From Antedon mediterranea (taxonomy: Eukaryota; Animalia; Echinodermata), in NCBI RefSeq assembly GCF_964355755.1, contig NC_092675.1:925812-989811 (forward strand): a DNA stretch of 64,000 nucleotides, in the 5' to 3' direction. A program made the translations under genes and the position numbers. This document shows, in pieces, positions 11,553 to 25,056 of this stretch. Every line of letters starts with the position of its first letter. Positions within the stretch are counted from its first letter, which is position 1. The notes beneath the pieces were generated by a model. The model made no database searches. It was not told where the DNA came from and worked only from the letters and a program-made list of their open reading frames with translations.

Positions 11553-14500
11553 TTCTTCTTTCTTTCTCGCTATTTTTGTGTAGAGCGTTTCTCTAAAATG
11601 TGTAAACATAACATTTTATAACTTTGACAACATGTGGGCATTTACGTGAAGTTGTGCACCTCCTATTTTTGAATTACGTCAGAGTTGCGCAACGTGACTT
11701 ACGCGCGATTTTATGATTTTTTATGATTGATCATAGATTAAAAACTAAAAGTGATTTTTAATTGACACTTTGTGAAAGTTTAATTTATATCATGCGCTAA
11801 CTTTCTGTTTGAAAAAAATTGCGTGTTTTACACAAAGTTACGCGCGCACGCGCATTTAAAATTTCAAAATGCGCAAAAATAATTTCTAATCAACTTTCTA
11901 CGCGTTTCATGTCATTTTAAGCATGTACAAAATTACCGCGCGCGCGAAAAATATTACGCGCACGGTGCGCATAGAGCATGAAAATCATGTTTTTTTCTCT
12001 TGAATTGTGATTTTCCAGCCTTTCCTAGTCATTTTCAAAAAGATTGACATCATTTCAAATTAAAATTACGTCATACGAACACGTTGATTTAGCCCATTTG
12101 CGCGCGTTTTAGTTGAAAAAGTTACAAAATGTTGTCAAAATTATGCCTATTTTGAATGTTTTATAGCTTCTCAGGATCAACGATTACCCCTAATTTTTTT
12201 AACTTAATATGTAAGCAGATATGTTGTAGATATGAATTCATGCAGAATTTTTACCTCACGGATGTTGTGACGTCATCATATGGCCACACGAATGTAAAAT
12301 ATAGGATTTTTTTGTCTTTCGTTATTGCTCATCACATTCAATGGAGCGCATCACGCTTATACGTATTTCTTTTTCTCCGAGATTTTAATATTGTCTAGGT
12401 CAATCAACTATCTTTCGCATGAGATAAAAATATTTTAATTTTTATGACGTCATCATGCCTAAAAATTTTAATTACTGTACGTGGGTCATTAATTTCATCT
12501 TTACAGTAAATTTTAATCTGTAATAGCCCGTCAAAATAAAATGTGATTATCATGATTAAAACATTTTCTGGAAGCTCTTGGATTGTAGATATGAAATCAT
12601 GTGAACATTTTGCCAATCAGATGCTGTGACGTCATCATATTGCAAGTTAAATAAAAAAAGTCGTATTTTCATCTTTTGCATCATAGTTCATTATATTTAA
12701 AAGAGCGCGCATCAATATTAAACGTATTCAAATTTCTTCTACACGTTAATATGTTGTTGCTGAGATAATTTGCTTCCGAAATTGCTATCTTAGTGTTTCA
12801 TCTTGATACCGTCGCCATGTTACAAATTTGAATAAATGGCGGGTCCCGTAATTTCACCTATTCTACACTGTATGTAACATGTATACAGATTATACTGTTT
12901 GCATGTATATACTATATGACACAAAATTGACAGAATTCAGCACTAACAACATATCATATTCTTCAGATCAGGTCATAATGCCATAATTTTTTCTGTGTGC
13001 AATATTCTAACGTATGACGTGCACGTGGCGTTTGTCGTGCGGATAACTAACTCGTCAAAGTGACGAGTTACATGTCTAGTTTCTCTTCTTTCTTTCTGTA
13101 TGATTTTTGTGGAACGCTTTTCTCGAAAACTTGCAAACATAACATTTTGTAACTTTCTCAACATATCGTCATGCACATGAAGATGTGCAGCGAAGCTTTT
13201 CATGATGTTTACAATTGCGCAACGTGACTTACGCGCGATTTAACGATTTTGTCGTATTTAACATAGCTCGACAACCAAATAACATTTCAACTTGAAACTT
13301 TGAAAAAGTTTAATTTATATCATGCGCTAACTTTCTGTTGAAAAAAAATTGCGTGTTTTACACAAAGTTACGCGCGCACGCGCATATAAAATTTCAAAAT
13401 GCGCAAAATTAATTTATAATCAACTTTCTACGCGTTTCATGTCGTTTTAAGCATGTCAAAAATTCCCACGCGTGCGCACATTTTTACGTGTGCGGTGCGC
13501 ACGTAGCATTGAAAACGTATTTTTTTCGCGTGATTTATGTTGTTCCAGCTTTTTCAAGTAATTTTACCAAATTTTAAACAATTTCGACTTAAAGATACGT
13601 CATACGAGCACGTCGAATTGGACAATTGGCGCGCTTTTTTTATGAAAAGGTTAAAAAATTCGTTTAAAATATGCCTTTTTTTAAACAGTCGTAATTTCTA
13701 AACTAGACGGTCAACTTTTTGTGGATGGCATATTCTGGAAGTAGATGAGTTGTAGATATCGGATCAGGTAGTAATATGGCTAACCGGACATTGTGACGTC
13801 ATCGTATGGCCACACGAATATAAAATTTAGGATTTTTGTATCTTTCGTCATAGCTCATCACATTGAATAGAGCGCATCTCCACTTATCCGTTTTCCATTT
13901 TCACCCCGATTTTGATATTGTCTAGGTCAATCAAGTATCTTTCGCATGAGTTAAAAATATTTTAATTTTTTTGACGTCATCATGCCTAAAAATTTAAATC
14001 ACGTGTGGCATTAATTTCATCTTTACAGTAAATTTTAATCTGTTATAGCTCGTAAGAATAAAATGTGATAATCACGATTAAAACTTTTTCTGGAAGCTAT
14101 TGGATTGTAGATACGAAATTATGTAAAAATGTTGCCAATCGGATGTTGTGACGTCATCATATGGCCAGTTAAATAAAAAAGGTCGTATTTTCATCTTTTG
14201 CGTCATAATTCATTACATTTAAAAGAGCGCGCATCAATATTTCACGTATTCAAATTTCTTCTACACGCTAATACGTTGTTGCTGAGATAATTTCCTTTCG
14301 GAATTGCTACCTTCGCGTTTCATTTTAAAACCATCAACATGTTAAAAATTGCAATAAATAGCGGGTCCCGTAATTTCACCTATTCTACACTGTATGTGAT
14401 ATGGATACAGATACTGTGTATACTATATATGAATTTAAATAATAAAATTCAGCAATAACAACATATCATATTCTTCAGTTCAGGTCATAATGCCAACGTG

Positions 14501-16388
14501 AACACTTCCTTTTGTCCTCAACCTATCCTCTTAATGTTAATGTTGCACCACTTGCGTGGCGGATAACCAAACTCGTCAAAGTGACGAGTTACATGTCTAG
14601 TTCTGTATTATTCTTCTGTCTTTCTTCCTTTTTTTGTGAGCCCTGTTTCTCTAAAATGTGTGAACAGAACATATCATAACTTTGTCAACATATAGATATT
14701 TACGTGAAGTTGTGCACCTCCTATTTTTGAAAAACGTCAGAGTTGCGCAACGTGACTTGCGCGCAATTTTATGAATTTAAATGATTGATCATAGATTAAA
14801 AACCGAAAGTCATTTTGTATTGAGACTTGGTGAAAATTTAATTCATATCAAGAGTCAACTTTATGTGGATTAAAAATGGCATGTTTCACACAAAGTTACG
14901 CGCGCACGCGCATTTAAAATTCTAAAATGCGAAAAATCAATTTCTAATCAACTTTCTACGCATTTCTTGTCATTTTGAGCATGTCAAAAATTCCCACACG
15001 TGCGCAAATTTTTACGCGCGAGGGGCGCACGTAGCTTTAAAAACATACTTTTTTCGCGTGATTTATGTTTTTCCAGCCTTTTCTAGTACTTTTACCAACT
15101 TTTAAACAATTTCGACTTAAAATGACGTCATTACGAGCTCGTCGAATTGAATAATTTGCGCGCGTATTTGATCAAAAAGCTAAAAAAAACGTCAAAATTA
15201 TGCCTTTTTTTAAACAGTCGTAGTTTCTAAACTAAACGGTGAAAGTTATTTTTATTACATATTATGGAAGTTGATGAGTTGTAGATATCAAATCATACAT
15301 TAATATGGCTAACAGGACATTTTGACGTCATCGTATGGCCACGCGAATATAAAATATAGGATTTTTGTCTCTTTCGTTATTGCTCATCACATTCAATGGA
15401 GCGCATCACGCTTATCCGTATTCCATTTTCTCCGAGATTTTAATATTGTCTAGGACAATCAACTACCTTTCGCATGAGTTAAAAATATTTTAATATTTGT
15501 AACGTCATCATGCCTAAAAATGTTATTTACTTGGGTCATTAATTTCATCTTTACAGTAAATTTTAATCTGTTATCGCTCGTAAGAACAAAATGGGATAAT
15601 CACGATTAAAATGTTTTCTGGAAGCTATTGGATTGTAGATACGAAATCATGTAAACATTTTGCCAATCGGATGTTGTGACGTCATCATATGGCCAGTTAA
15701 ATAAAAAAAGTCGTATTTTCATCTTTTGCGTCATAGTTCATTACATTTAAAAGAGCGCGCATCAATATTTCACGTGTTCAAATTTCTTCTACACGTTAAT
15801 ATGTTGTTGCTGAGATAATTTCCTTCCGAAATTGCTACATTCGCGTTTCATTTTGAAACCGTCAATATGTTAAAAATTTGAATAAATAGCGGGTCCCGTA
15901 ATTTCACCTATTCTACACTGTATGTGATATGTATACAGATTATACTGTGTATACTATATGACACAAAATAACAGAATTCAGCAATAAAAACATATCATAT
16001 TCTTCAGTTCAGGTCACAATGCCATAATCTTTTTCCGTGTGCAATATTCCAACGTATGACGTGCACGTGGCGTTTGTCGTGCGGATAACTAACTCGTCAA
16101 AGTGACGAGTTTCATGTCTAGTTAGTTATCCGCATTCAGCGGATAACTCCTTGTAACTGTCCTGTTTCATCATCTTTTTTTTTTTTTTCTGTATTCTTCT
16201 TTCTTTCTGTCATTTTTGTGCAGAGCATATCTCAAAAACGTGTAAAGTTAACATTTCATAACTTTGTCAACATATGGGCATTCACGTGAAGTTGTGCTTT
16301 TTTATTTTTGAATGACGTCAGAATTGCGCAACATGACTTACGCGCGTTTTAACGAATTTCGCGTATTTAACATAAATCAAAAACCATA

Positions 16389-19300
16389 CTAGACATGTAA
16401 CTCGTCACTTTGACGAGTTTGGTTATCCGCCGCGCAAGTTGTGCAACATTAACATTAAGGGGATAGGTTGAGGACAAAAGGAAGTGTTCACGTTGGCATT
16501 AGGACCTGAACTGAAGAATATGATATGTTGTTATTGCTGAATTTTATTATTTAAATTCATATATAGTATACACAGTATAATCTGTATCCATATCACATAC
16601 AGTGTAGAATAGGTGAAATTACGGGACCCGCTATTTATTGCAATTTTTAACATGTTGACGGTTTTAAAATGAAACGCGAAGGTAGCAATTCCGAAAGGAA
16701 ATTATCTCAGCAACAACGTATTAGCGTGTAGAAGAAATTTGAATACGTGAAATATTGATGCGCGCTCTTTTAAATGTAATGAATTATGACGCAAAAGATG
16801 AAAATACGACCTTTTTAATTAACTGGCCATATGATGACGTCACAATATCCGATTGGCAACATTTTTACAAAATTTCGTATCTACAATCCAATAGCTTCCA
16901 GAAAAAGTTTTAATCGTGATTATCACATTTTATTCTTACGAGCTATAACAGATTAAAATTTACTGTAAAGATGAAATTAATGCCACACGTGATTTAAATT
17001 TTTAGGCATGATGACGTCATAAAAATTAAAATATTTTTAATTCATGCGAAAGATAGTTGATTGACCTAGACAATGTCAAAATCGGGGTGAAAATGGAAAA
17101 CGGATAAGTGGAGATGCGCTCTATTCAATGTGATGAGCTATGACGAAAGATACAAAAATCCTAAATTTTATATTCGCGTGGCCATACGATGACGTCACAA
17201 TGTCCGGTTGGCCATATTAATACCTGATCCGATATCTACAACTCATCTACTTCCAGAATATGCCATCCACAAAAAGTTGACCGTCTAGTTTAGAAATTAC
17301 GACTGTTTAAAAAAAGGCATATTTTAAACGAATTTGTTAACCTTTTCATAAAAAACGCGCGCAAATTGTCCAATTCGACGTGCTCGTATGACGTCTCTTT
17401 AAGTCGAAATTGTTTAAAATTTGTTAAAATTACTTGAAAAGGCTGGAAAAACAGAAATCACGCGAAAAAAATACGTTTTCAATGCTACGTGCGTACTGCA
17501 CACGTAAAAATGTGCGCACGCGTGGGAATGTTTGACATGCTTAAAACGACATGAAACGCGTAGAAAGTTGATTATAAATTAATTTTGCGCATTTTGAAAT
17601 TTTAAATGCGCGTGCGCGCGTAACTTTATGTAAAACACGCAATTTTTTTCCAACAGAAAGTTAGCGCATGATATAAATTAAACTTTTGCAAAGTTTCACT
17701 TTAAAATGTTGTTTGGTTTTTGACATATGTTAAATACGAGAAAATCGTTAAATCGCGTGTACGTCACGTTGCGCAATTGTAAACATCATGAAAAGCTTCG
17801 CTTGACGACGTTACATAAATGTCAAAATGTTAACATAGTTAACAAAATGTTATGTTTGCAAGTTTTAGAAAAAAACGTGCCACAAAAATCATACAGAAAG
17901 AAAGAAGAACTAGACATGAAACTCGTCACTTTGACGAGTTAGTTATCCGCACGACAAACGCCACGTGCACGTCATACGTTGGAATATTGCACACAGAAAA
18001 AGATTATGGCATTATGACCTGAACTGATGAATATGATATGTTGTTAGTGCTGAATTCTGTTATTTTGTGTCATAGTATACACAGTATAATCTGTATACAT
18101 ATCACATACAGTGAAGAATAGGTGAAATTACGGGACCCGCTCTTTATTCCAATTTTTACCATGGCGACGGTATCAAAATGAAACACTAAGATAGCAAATT
18201 CGGAAGGAAAGTATATCAGTAAGCACATATTAATGTGTAGAAGAAATTTAAATACGTAAAATATAGATGCGCGCTCTTTTAAATGTGATGAACTATTACG
18301 CAAAATATGAAAATATGACTTTTTTTATTCAGCTGGCCATATGATGACGTCACAACATCCGATTGGCAAAATGTTTACATGAATTCGTATCTACAATCCA
18401 ATAGCTTCCAGAAAACGTTGTAATCATGATTATCACTTTTTATTCTGACGAGCTATAACAGATTAAAATTTACTGTAAAGATGAAAATATGTGACCCAGG
18501 ATATTTACATTTTTAGACATTATGACGTCATAAAAATTAAAATATTTTTAACTCATGCGAAAGAAAATTGAATGACCTAGACAATATAAAAATCAAAGTG
18601 AAAATGAATAACGGATAAGTGGAGATGCGCTCTATTAAATGTGATAAGCTATGACGAAAGATACAAAAATCCTATATTTTATATTCGTGTGGCCATACGA
18701 TGACGTTGCAATGTCCGGTTAGCCATATTAAAGCATGATCCGATATCTACAACTCATCAACTTCCAGAATATGTAATAAAAATAATTTTTACCGTTTAGT
18801 TTAGAAACTACGACTGTTTAAAAAAATGCATTATTTTGCCGAATTTGTTAACTTTTTCATCAAAAACGCGAACAAATTATCCAATTCGGCGTGCTCGTAT
18901 GACGTCATTTTAAGTCGAAATTGTTTAAAAGTTGGTAAAATTACTAGAAAAGGCTGAAAAAACATAAATCACGTGGAAAAAGTATGTTTTTAACGCTACG
19001 TGCGCACCGCGCGGGTAAAAATTTGCGCATGCGTGGGAATTTTTGACATGCTCAAAATGACAAGAAACGCGTAGAAAATTGATTAGAAATTGATTTTTCG
19101 CATTTTAAAATTTTAAACGCGCGTGCGCGCGTAACTTCTTGTAAAACATGCCATTTTTTGTGCAAAAAAAGTTTGCCCTTGATATGACTTAAATTTTCAC
19201 AAAGTGTAAAAAAAAAATTACGCTTGGTTTTAAATCTATGATCAATTTAAAAAAATCATAAAATCATGCGTAAGTCACGTTGCGTAACTATGACGTAATT

Positions 19301-19554
19301 CAAAAATAGGAGGTGCACAACTTCACGTAAATGCCCATATGTTGACAAAGTTATGAAATGTTATGTTTACCCATTTTAGAGATACGCTCTGCACAAAAAG
19401 TGAGGGAGAAAGACTGAAGAATAATGAAAAAAAAAAAAAAGACACAGGACAGTTACAAGGAGTTATCCGCTAAATGCGGATAACTAAAAATAAAAAGTTG
19501 ATGTTGATTTCGTACAATCACAAGAGGTTATCAGCAACTTCGTTGCGGATAACC
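16389..19554 (-). mobile_element. Inverted HINE-like element C4 (head 19554-19486, body 17909-16389), host of E1
   Basis: Reverse complement of the C-type head and body. Confidence 0.8.
17910..19485 (-). mobile_element. Intact inverted HINE-like element E1
   Basis: On the minus strand it reads agttatccgcatttagcggataact ... hairpin ... tctag. Confidence 0.8.
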
Positions 19555-20877
19555 AATAACAATTTAAATTGAAACTTAGCAAAAATTTAATTTATATTCT
19601 GCGCTAACTGACTGTGGAAAAAAAATGGCATGTTTCACACGAAGTTACGCGCGCACGCGCATTTAAAATTTAAAAATGCGAAAAATCAATTTCTAATCAA
19701 CTTTCTGCGCGTTTCATGTCATTTTGAGCATGTAAAAAATTCCCACGCGCGTGCGTATTTTTACGCTCGTGGTGCGCACGTAGCGTTGAAACAATTTTTT
19801 TCGCGTGATTTAGGTTTTTCCAGCCTTTTCTAGTAATTTTACCAAGTTTTAAACTATTTCGACTTAAAATCAGGTCATACGAGCCCGTAAAATTGGATAA
19901 TTTATGTGCGTTTTTTATGAAAAAGTTAAAAAATTCATCAAAATTTGTCAAAATTATACCTTTTTTTAAACAGTTGTAGTTTCTAAACTAAACGGTAAAA
20001 GTTGTTTTTATTACGTATTCTGGAAGATGATGAGTTGTAGATATCGTATCATGCATCAATATGGCTAACCGGACATTATGACGTCATCGTATGGCCACTC
20101 GAATATAAAATATAGGGACTTTTTCTCTTTTGTCATAGCGCATCACATTTAATAGAGCGCATCTCCACTTATTCGTTTTCCATTTTCACCCCGATTTTGA
20201 TATTGTCTAGGTCAATCAACTATCCTTTGCATGAGTTAAAAATATTTTAATTGTTATGACGTCATCATGCCTACAAATTTAAATTACTTGTGCCTTAAAT
20301 TTCATCTTTACAGTAAATCTTAATCTGTTATAGCTCGTCAGAATAAAACGTGATAATCATGATTAAAACGTTTTCTGGAAGCTATTGGATTGTAGATACG
20401 AATTCATGTAAACATTTTGCCAATCGGATGTGGTGACGTCATCATATGGCCAGTTAAATAAAAGAAGTCGTATTTTCATCTTTTGCGTCATAATTCATTA
20501 CATTTAAAAGAGCGCGCATTAATATTTCACGTATTTAAATTTCTTCTACACGTTAATATGTTGTTGCTGAGATAATTTCCTTCCGAAATTGCTACATTTG
20601 CGTTTCATTTTGAAACCGTCAACATGTTAAAAATTGCAATAAATAGCGGGTCCCGTAATTTCACCTATTCTACACTGTATGTGATATGTATACAGATTAT
20701 ACTGTGTATACTATGACACAAAATTGACAGAATTCAGCACCAACAACATATCATATTCTTCAGTTCAGGTCATAATGCCATAATCTTTTTCTGTGCGCCA
20801 TATACCAACGTATGACGTGCACATGGCGTTTGTCATGCGGATAACTAACTCGTCAAAGTGACGAGTTACATGTCTAG

Positions 20878-22394
20878 TATTATTCTTCTGTCTTTCTCCC
20901 TCACTTTTTGTGCAGAGCGTATCTCTAAAATGGGTAAACATAACATTTCATAACTTTGTCAACATATGGGCATTTACGTGAAGTTGTGCACCTCCTATTT
21001 TTGAATGACGTCAGAGTTGCGCAACGTGACTTACGCGCGATTTTATGATTTTTTATGATTGCTCATAGACTAAAAACCAAGCATAATTTAGTTTTGACAC
21101 TTTGTGAAAATTTAAGTCATATCAAGTGCAAACTTTTTATTGATTAAAAATGGCATGTTTTACAAGAAGTTACGCGCGCACGCGCATTTAAAGTTTCAAA
21201 ATGCGTAAAATTAATTTTTAATCAACTTTTTACACGACTCATGACATTTCGCGCATGTCAAAAATTCCCACGTGCACGCATTTTTTTACGCGCGCGGTGG
21301 CCACGTACCGTGAAAAACATCTTTTTTTCTCATGAATTATGTTTTTCCAGCCTTCTAGAGTAATTTTACCATTTTAAAACCATTTGTGACTTTAAATTAC
21401 GTCATACGAGCACGTCGAATTGGAAAATTTACGCGCGTTTTTGATCAAAAAGCTAAAAAAATCGTCAAAATTATGCCTTTTTTTAAACAGTCGTAGTTTC
21501 TAAACTAAACGGTGAAAGTTATTTTTATTACATATTCTGGAAGTTGATGAGTTGTAGATATCAAATCATACATTAATATGGCTAACAGGATATTTTGACG
21601 TCATCGTATGGCCACACGAATATAAAATATAGGATTTTTGTCTCTTTCGTTATTGCTCATCACATTCAATGGAGCGCATCACGCTTATCCGTATTCCATT
21701 TTCTCCGAGATTTTAATATTGTCTAGGTCAATCAACTACCTTTCGCATGAGTTAAAAATATTTTAATATTTGTAACGTCATCATGCCTAAAAATGTTAAT
21801 TACTTGGGTCATTAATTTCATCTTTACAGTAAATTTTAATCTGTTATCGCTCGTAAGAACAAAATGGGATAATCACGATTAAAATGTTTTCTGGAAGCTA
21901 TTGGATTGTAGATACGAAATCATGTAAACATTTTGCCAATCGGATGTTGTGACGTCATCATATGGCCAGTTAAATAAAAAAAGTCGTATTTTCATCTTTT
22001 GCGTCATAGTTCATTACATTTAAAAGAACGCGCATCAATATTTCACGTGTTCAAATTTCTTCCACACGTTAATATGTTGTTGCTGAGATAATTTCCTTCC
22101 GAAATTGCTACATTCGCGTTTCATTTTGAAACCGTCAATATGTTAAAAATTTGAATAAATAGCGGGTCCCGTAATTTCACCTATTCTACACTGTATGTGA
22201 TATGTATACAGATTATACTGTGTATACTATATGACACAAAATAACAGAATTCAGCAATAAAAACATATCATATTCTTCAGTTCAGGTCACAATGCCATAA
22301 TCTTTTTCCGTGTGCAATATTCCAACGTATGACGTGCACGTGGCGTTTGTCGTGCGGATAACTAACTCGTCAAAGTGACGAGTTTCATGTCTAG
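20878..22394 (+). mobile_element. Headless HINE-like body (E-type 5' part, B1-like 3' part)
   Basis: Full body and tail, but no unmatched head upstream (9 heads versus 10 tails on +). Confidence 0.7.
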
Positions 22395-24774
22395 TTTTTT
22401 TTCTGTATTCTTCTTTCTTTCTGTCATTTTTGTGTCTCGCGTAACTCAAAAACGTGTAAACATAACATTTCATAACTTTGGCAACATGTGGGCATTTACG
22501 TGAAATTGTGCACCTCCTATTTTGAATGACCTCAGAGTTGAGCAACATGACTTACGCGCGTTTTTACGAATTTCGCGTATTTAACATAGATCGAAAACCA
22601 TATAACAATTTATTATGAAACTTAACAAAAGTTTAAGTTATATCTTGCGCTAACTTACTATGGGGAAAAAATGGCATGTTTCACACAAAGTTACGCGTGC
22701 ACGCGCGTTTAAAATTTCAAAATGCGAAAAATCTATTTCTAATCAACTTTCTACGCATTTCATGTCATTTTGAGCATGTAAAAAATTCCCACGCGCGCGC
22801 ATTTTTTTACGCGCATGGTGCGAACGTAGCGTTGAAAACAATTTTTTTTGCGTGATTTATGTTTTTTCAACCTTTTCTAGTAATTTAACAAACTTTTAAA
22901 CAATTTCGAATTAAAATTACGTCATACCGGCACGTTGAATTGGATAATTTACGTGCGTTTTTGATGAAAAAGTTAAAAAATTTGTCAAAATTCGTCAAAA
23001 TTATGCCTTTTTTTAATCAGTCATAGATTCTAAACAACGAGGTGAACTTTTTTTTAATTACATATTCTGGAAGTTGATGAGTTGTAGATATCGGATCATG
23101 AATCAATATGGCTAACCGGACATTGTGACGTCATCGTATGGCCACACGAATGTAAAATATAGGATTTTTGTCTCTTTCGTTATTGCTCATCATATTCAAT
23201 GGAGCGCATCACGCCTATCTGTATTCCGTTTTCTCCGAGATTTTAATATTGTCTAGGTCAATCAACTATCTTACGCATGAGTTAAAAATATTTTAATTTT
23301 TATGACGTCATCATGCCTAAAAATTATAATTAACAGGGTCATTAATTTCATCTTTACAGTAAATTTTAATCTGTTATAGCTCGTAAGAATAAAAAGTGAT
23401 AATTATGATTAAAACGTTTTCTGGAAGCTATTGGACTGTAGATACGAATTAATGTGAACATTTTGCCAATCGGATGTTGTGAAGTCATCATATGGCCAGT
23501 TGAATAAAAAAAGTCGTATTTTCATATTTTGCGTCATAGTTCATCACATTTAAACGAGCACGCATCCATATTCTACGTATTCAAATTTCTTCTACACGTT
23601 AATATGTTGTTGGTGAGATAATTTCCTTCCGAAATTGCTATCTTAGTGTTTAATTTTAATACCGTCGCCATGTTAAAAATTGGAATAAACGGTGGGTCCC
23701 GTAATTTCACCTATTCTACACTGTATGTAATATGTATACAGATTATACTGTATATACTATATGACACAAAATAGACAGAATTCAGCACTAACAATATATG
23801 ATATTCTTCAGTTCAGGTCATAATGCCATAATCTTTTTCTGTGTGCAATATTCCAACGTATGACGTGCACGTGGCGTTTCTCGTGCGGATAACTAACTCG
23901 TCAAAGTGACGAGTTTCATGTCTAGTTTTTGTTTTCCTTTCGGTGGTAGTCAAATTAGTTCATCATACTGTAATGTAGAATAATTAAGTGACTTTATTTA
24001 TATATAGCTTTTTATTAGTGAACAATAATTTCACTGTTAATATACAATTTAATTACAATGAAACACTTTTTATTTTACTTTCAATTCTGAAATTGAAACC
24101 GAAACTTGACTGGGGACTATACAGTAATTTAATGTTATTGATTTCTAACAAACCCTTTAATTATTAGATCATAGTAAGTAAGTAAGAACTTAATATAATT
24201 AGCATACAGTACTTGCTACAGATTTGCATAGTAGTATACTGGTACCCCTCCCCTCCCCCCTCTTCCATTTCCTCCATCTACTAATTAGTTCCATAACTTT
24301 CCATTTGACATGGCTATTTCGCTGTCGTATCATAGGGTACGTGTATGTAGTTGCTGTCTGCTAATCGTGGTCGTGTATTTTCATTGGTTAAGGTTAAAAT
24401 CACTGATGCATCACTGGATTAGCGTTATGAAATCTACCCTCTCCCGCTAGAGTTATTAACGCCACTGGCGCGGAGTAACAGCTCCCTAACGCTAATCCGC
24501 GGCATGGTTCAGACACAAAAATATGTACGCCGCTTACATAACTCCACTGTAACTCCGTGAGTCTGAACATACCCTTAGTCCTGGACTTAGTGTACCTATT
24601 ATTTATTATTAGTATTCACATAATAATATATAACCCTCTCTATTTTCTATGTCAAGGACATTCTATTATGAATAGATTTAACAATAAAATTCAATATTCT
24701 TTTTGTAGTAGACTTACAAATCTAATGTTTAAGGTAAATTAAATTCATTAATTTTAAACGAATGATTTTTTTTA

Positions 24775-24943
24775 ATTAATTTACACAGACAAGCGGTAAG
24801 CGGAAAATCGCGTAACAATTGTCCCACGTAAATTCTGTATCTATCCTGAGCGGAAACCGCCTGTCCGCTCCGCATTGTGTGTACAATCAAAGGAATAACA
24901 TAGATTCTATATTTTGGTTACCGCTCGTCTATAAATTGGCCCT
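24775..24943. mobile_element. Degenerate small Tourist-like MITE
   Basis: The right end ttaccgctcgtctataaattggccc+TTA is inverted relative to aatttacacagacaagcggtaa at the left. The left terminus is eroded. Confidence 0.45.
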
Positions 24944-25056
24944 TATAGTATGTCTATTAATAAAATTAGAGAAAATAAACCAGTTTTGAAATGATCTTAG
25001 TTGGATGATTTAGTGACAATTTACCTTTATACATACACACTTTAAGCAAGATGTAA

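Larger units (their letters stand above)
5128..13079 (+). mobile_element. HINE-like element D1 (pieces 5128-5179, 8363-8378, 11553-13079), host of C2 and D2
   Basis: The three pieces join into the intact D3 sequence (gatcaatattt|ttttttctgtattatt|cttctttctttctcgc). Confidence 0.8.
5058..14600 (+). mobile_element. HINE-like element C1 (head 5058-5127, body 13080-14600), host of D1
   Basis: ggttatccgc head matches the gcggataacc tail. Head plus body reconstitutes the intact C3 sequence. Confidence 0.8.
4989..16121 (+). mobile_element. HINE-like element B1 (head 4989-5057, body 14601-16121), host of C1
   Basis: Head agttatccgcacatggcagtgtgcggataact. The body resumes after the C1 tail. Confidence 0.7.
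16124..20877 (+). mobile_element. HINE-like element A2, interrupted at 16388/19555 by an inverted nested pair
   Basis: Head agttatccgcat matches tail atgcggataact. The body continues aaaccata|(aa)taacaattt, as in the A1 body near 22595-22610. Confidence 0.8.
4933..23925 (+). mobile_element. Nested cluster of 12 non-autonomous Helentron/HINE-like elements (~1.55-1.6 kb each); outermost element A1 spans the whole block
   Basis: 5' heads are RGTTATCCGCA followed by a short inverted copy (hairpin). 3' tails are GCGGATAACY + hairpin ACTCGTCAAAGTGACGAGT + TWCATGTCTAG. Insertions fall in T-rich sites without a clear TSD, and there is no coding capacity. + heads: 4933, 4989, 5058, 5128, 5180, 5250, 8379, 8445, 16124. 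+ tails end at 6841, 8362, 10030, 11552, 13079, 14600, 16121, 20877, 22394, 23925. Two further elements lie on the minus strand. Confidence 0.85.

Noticed and set aside
6370-22548. ORFs within the nested elements
   Set aside because: Short, not conserved across copies, and without Rep, helicase or other recognisable motifs.
5322-23925. Simple 1.5 kb satellite or rolling-circle concatemer
   Set aside because: The bodies lack their own adjacent heads, and head/body order follows bracket nesting.
24330-24576. Possible MITE ending gtctgaacataccc+TTA
   Set aside because: No matching left TIR found.
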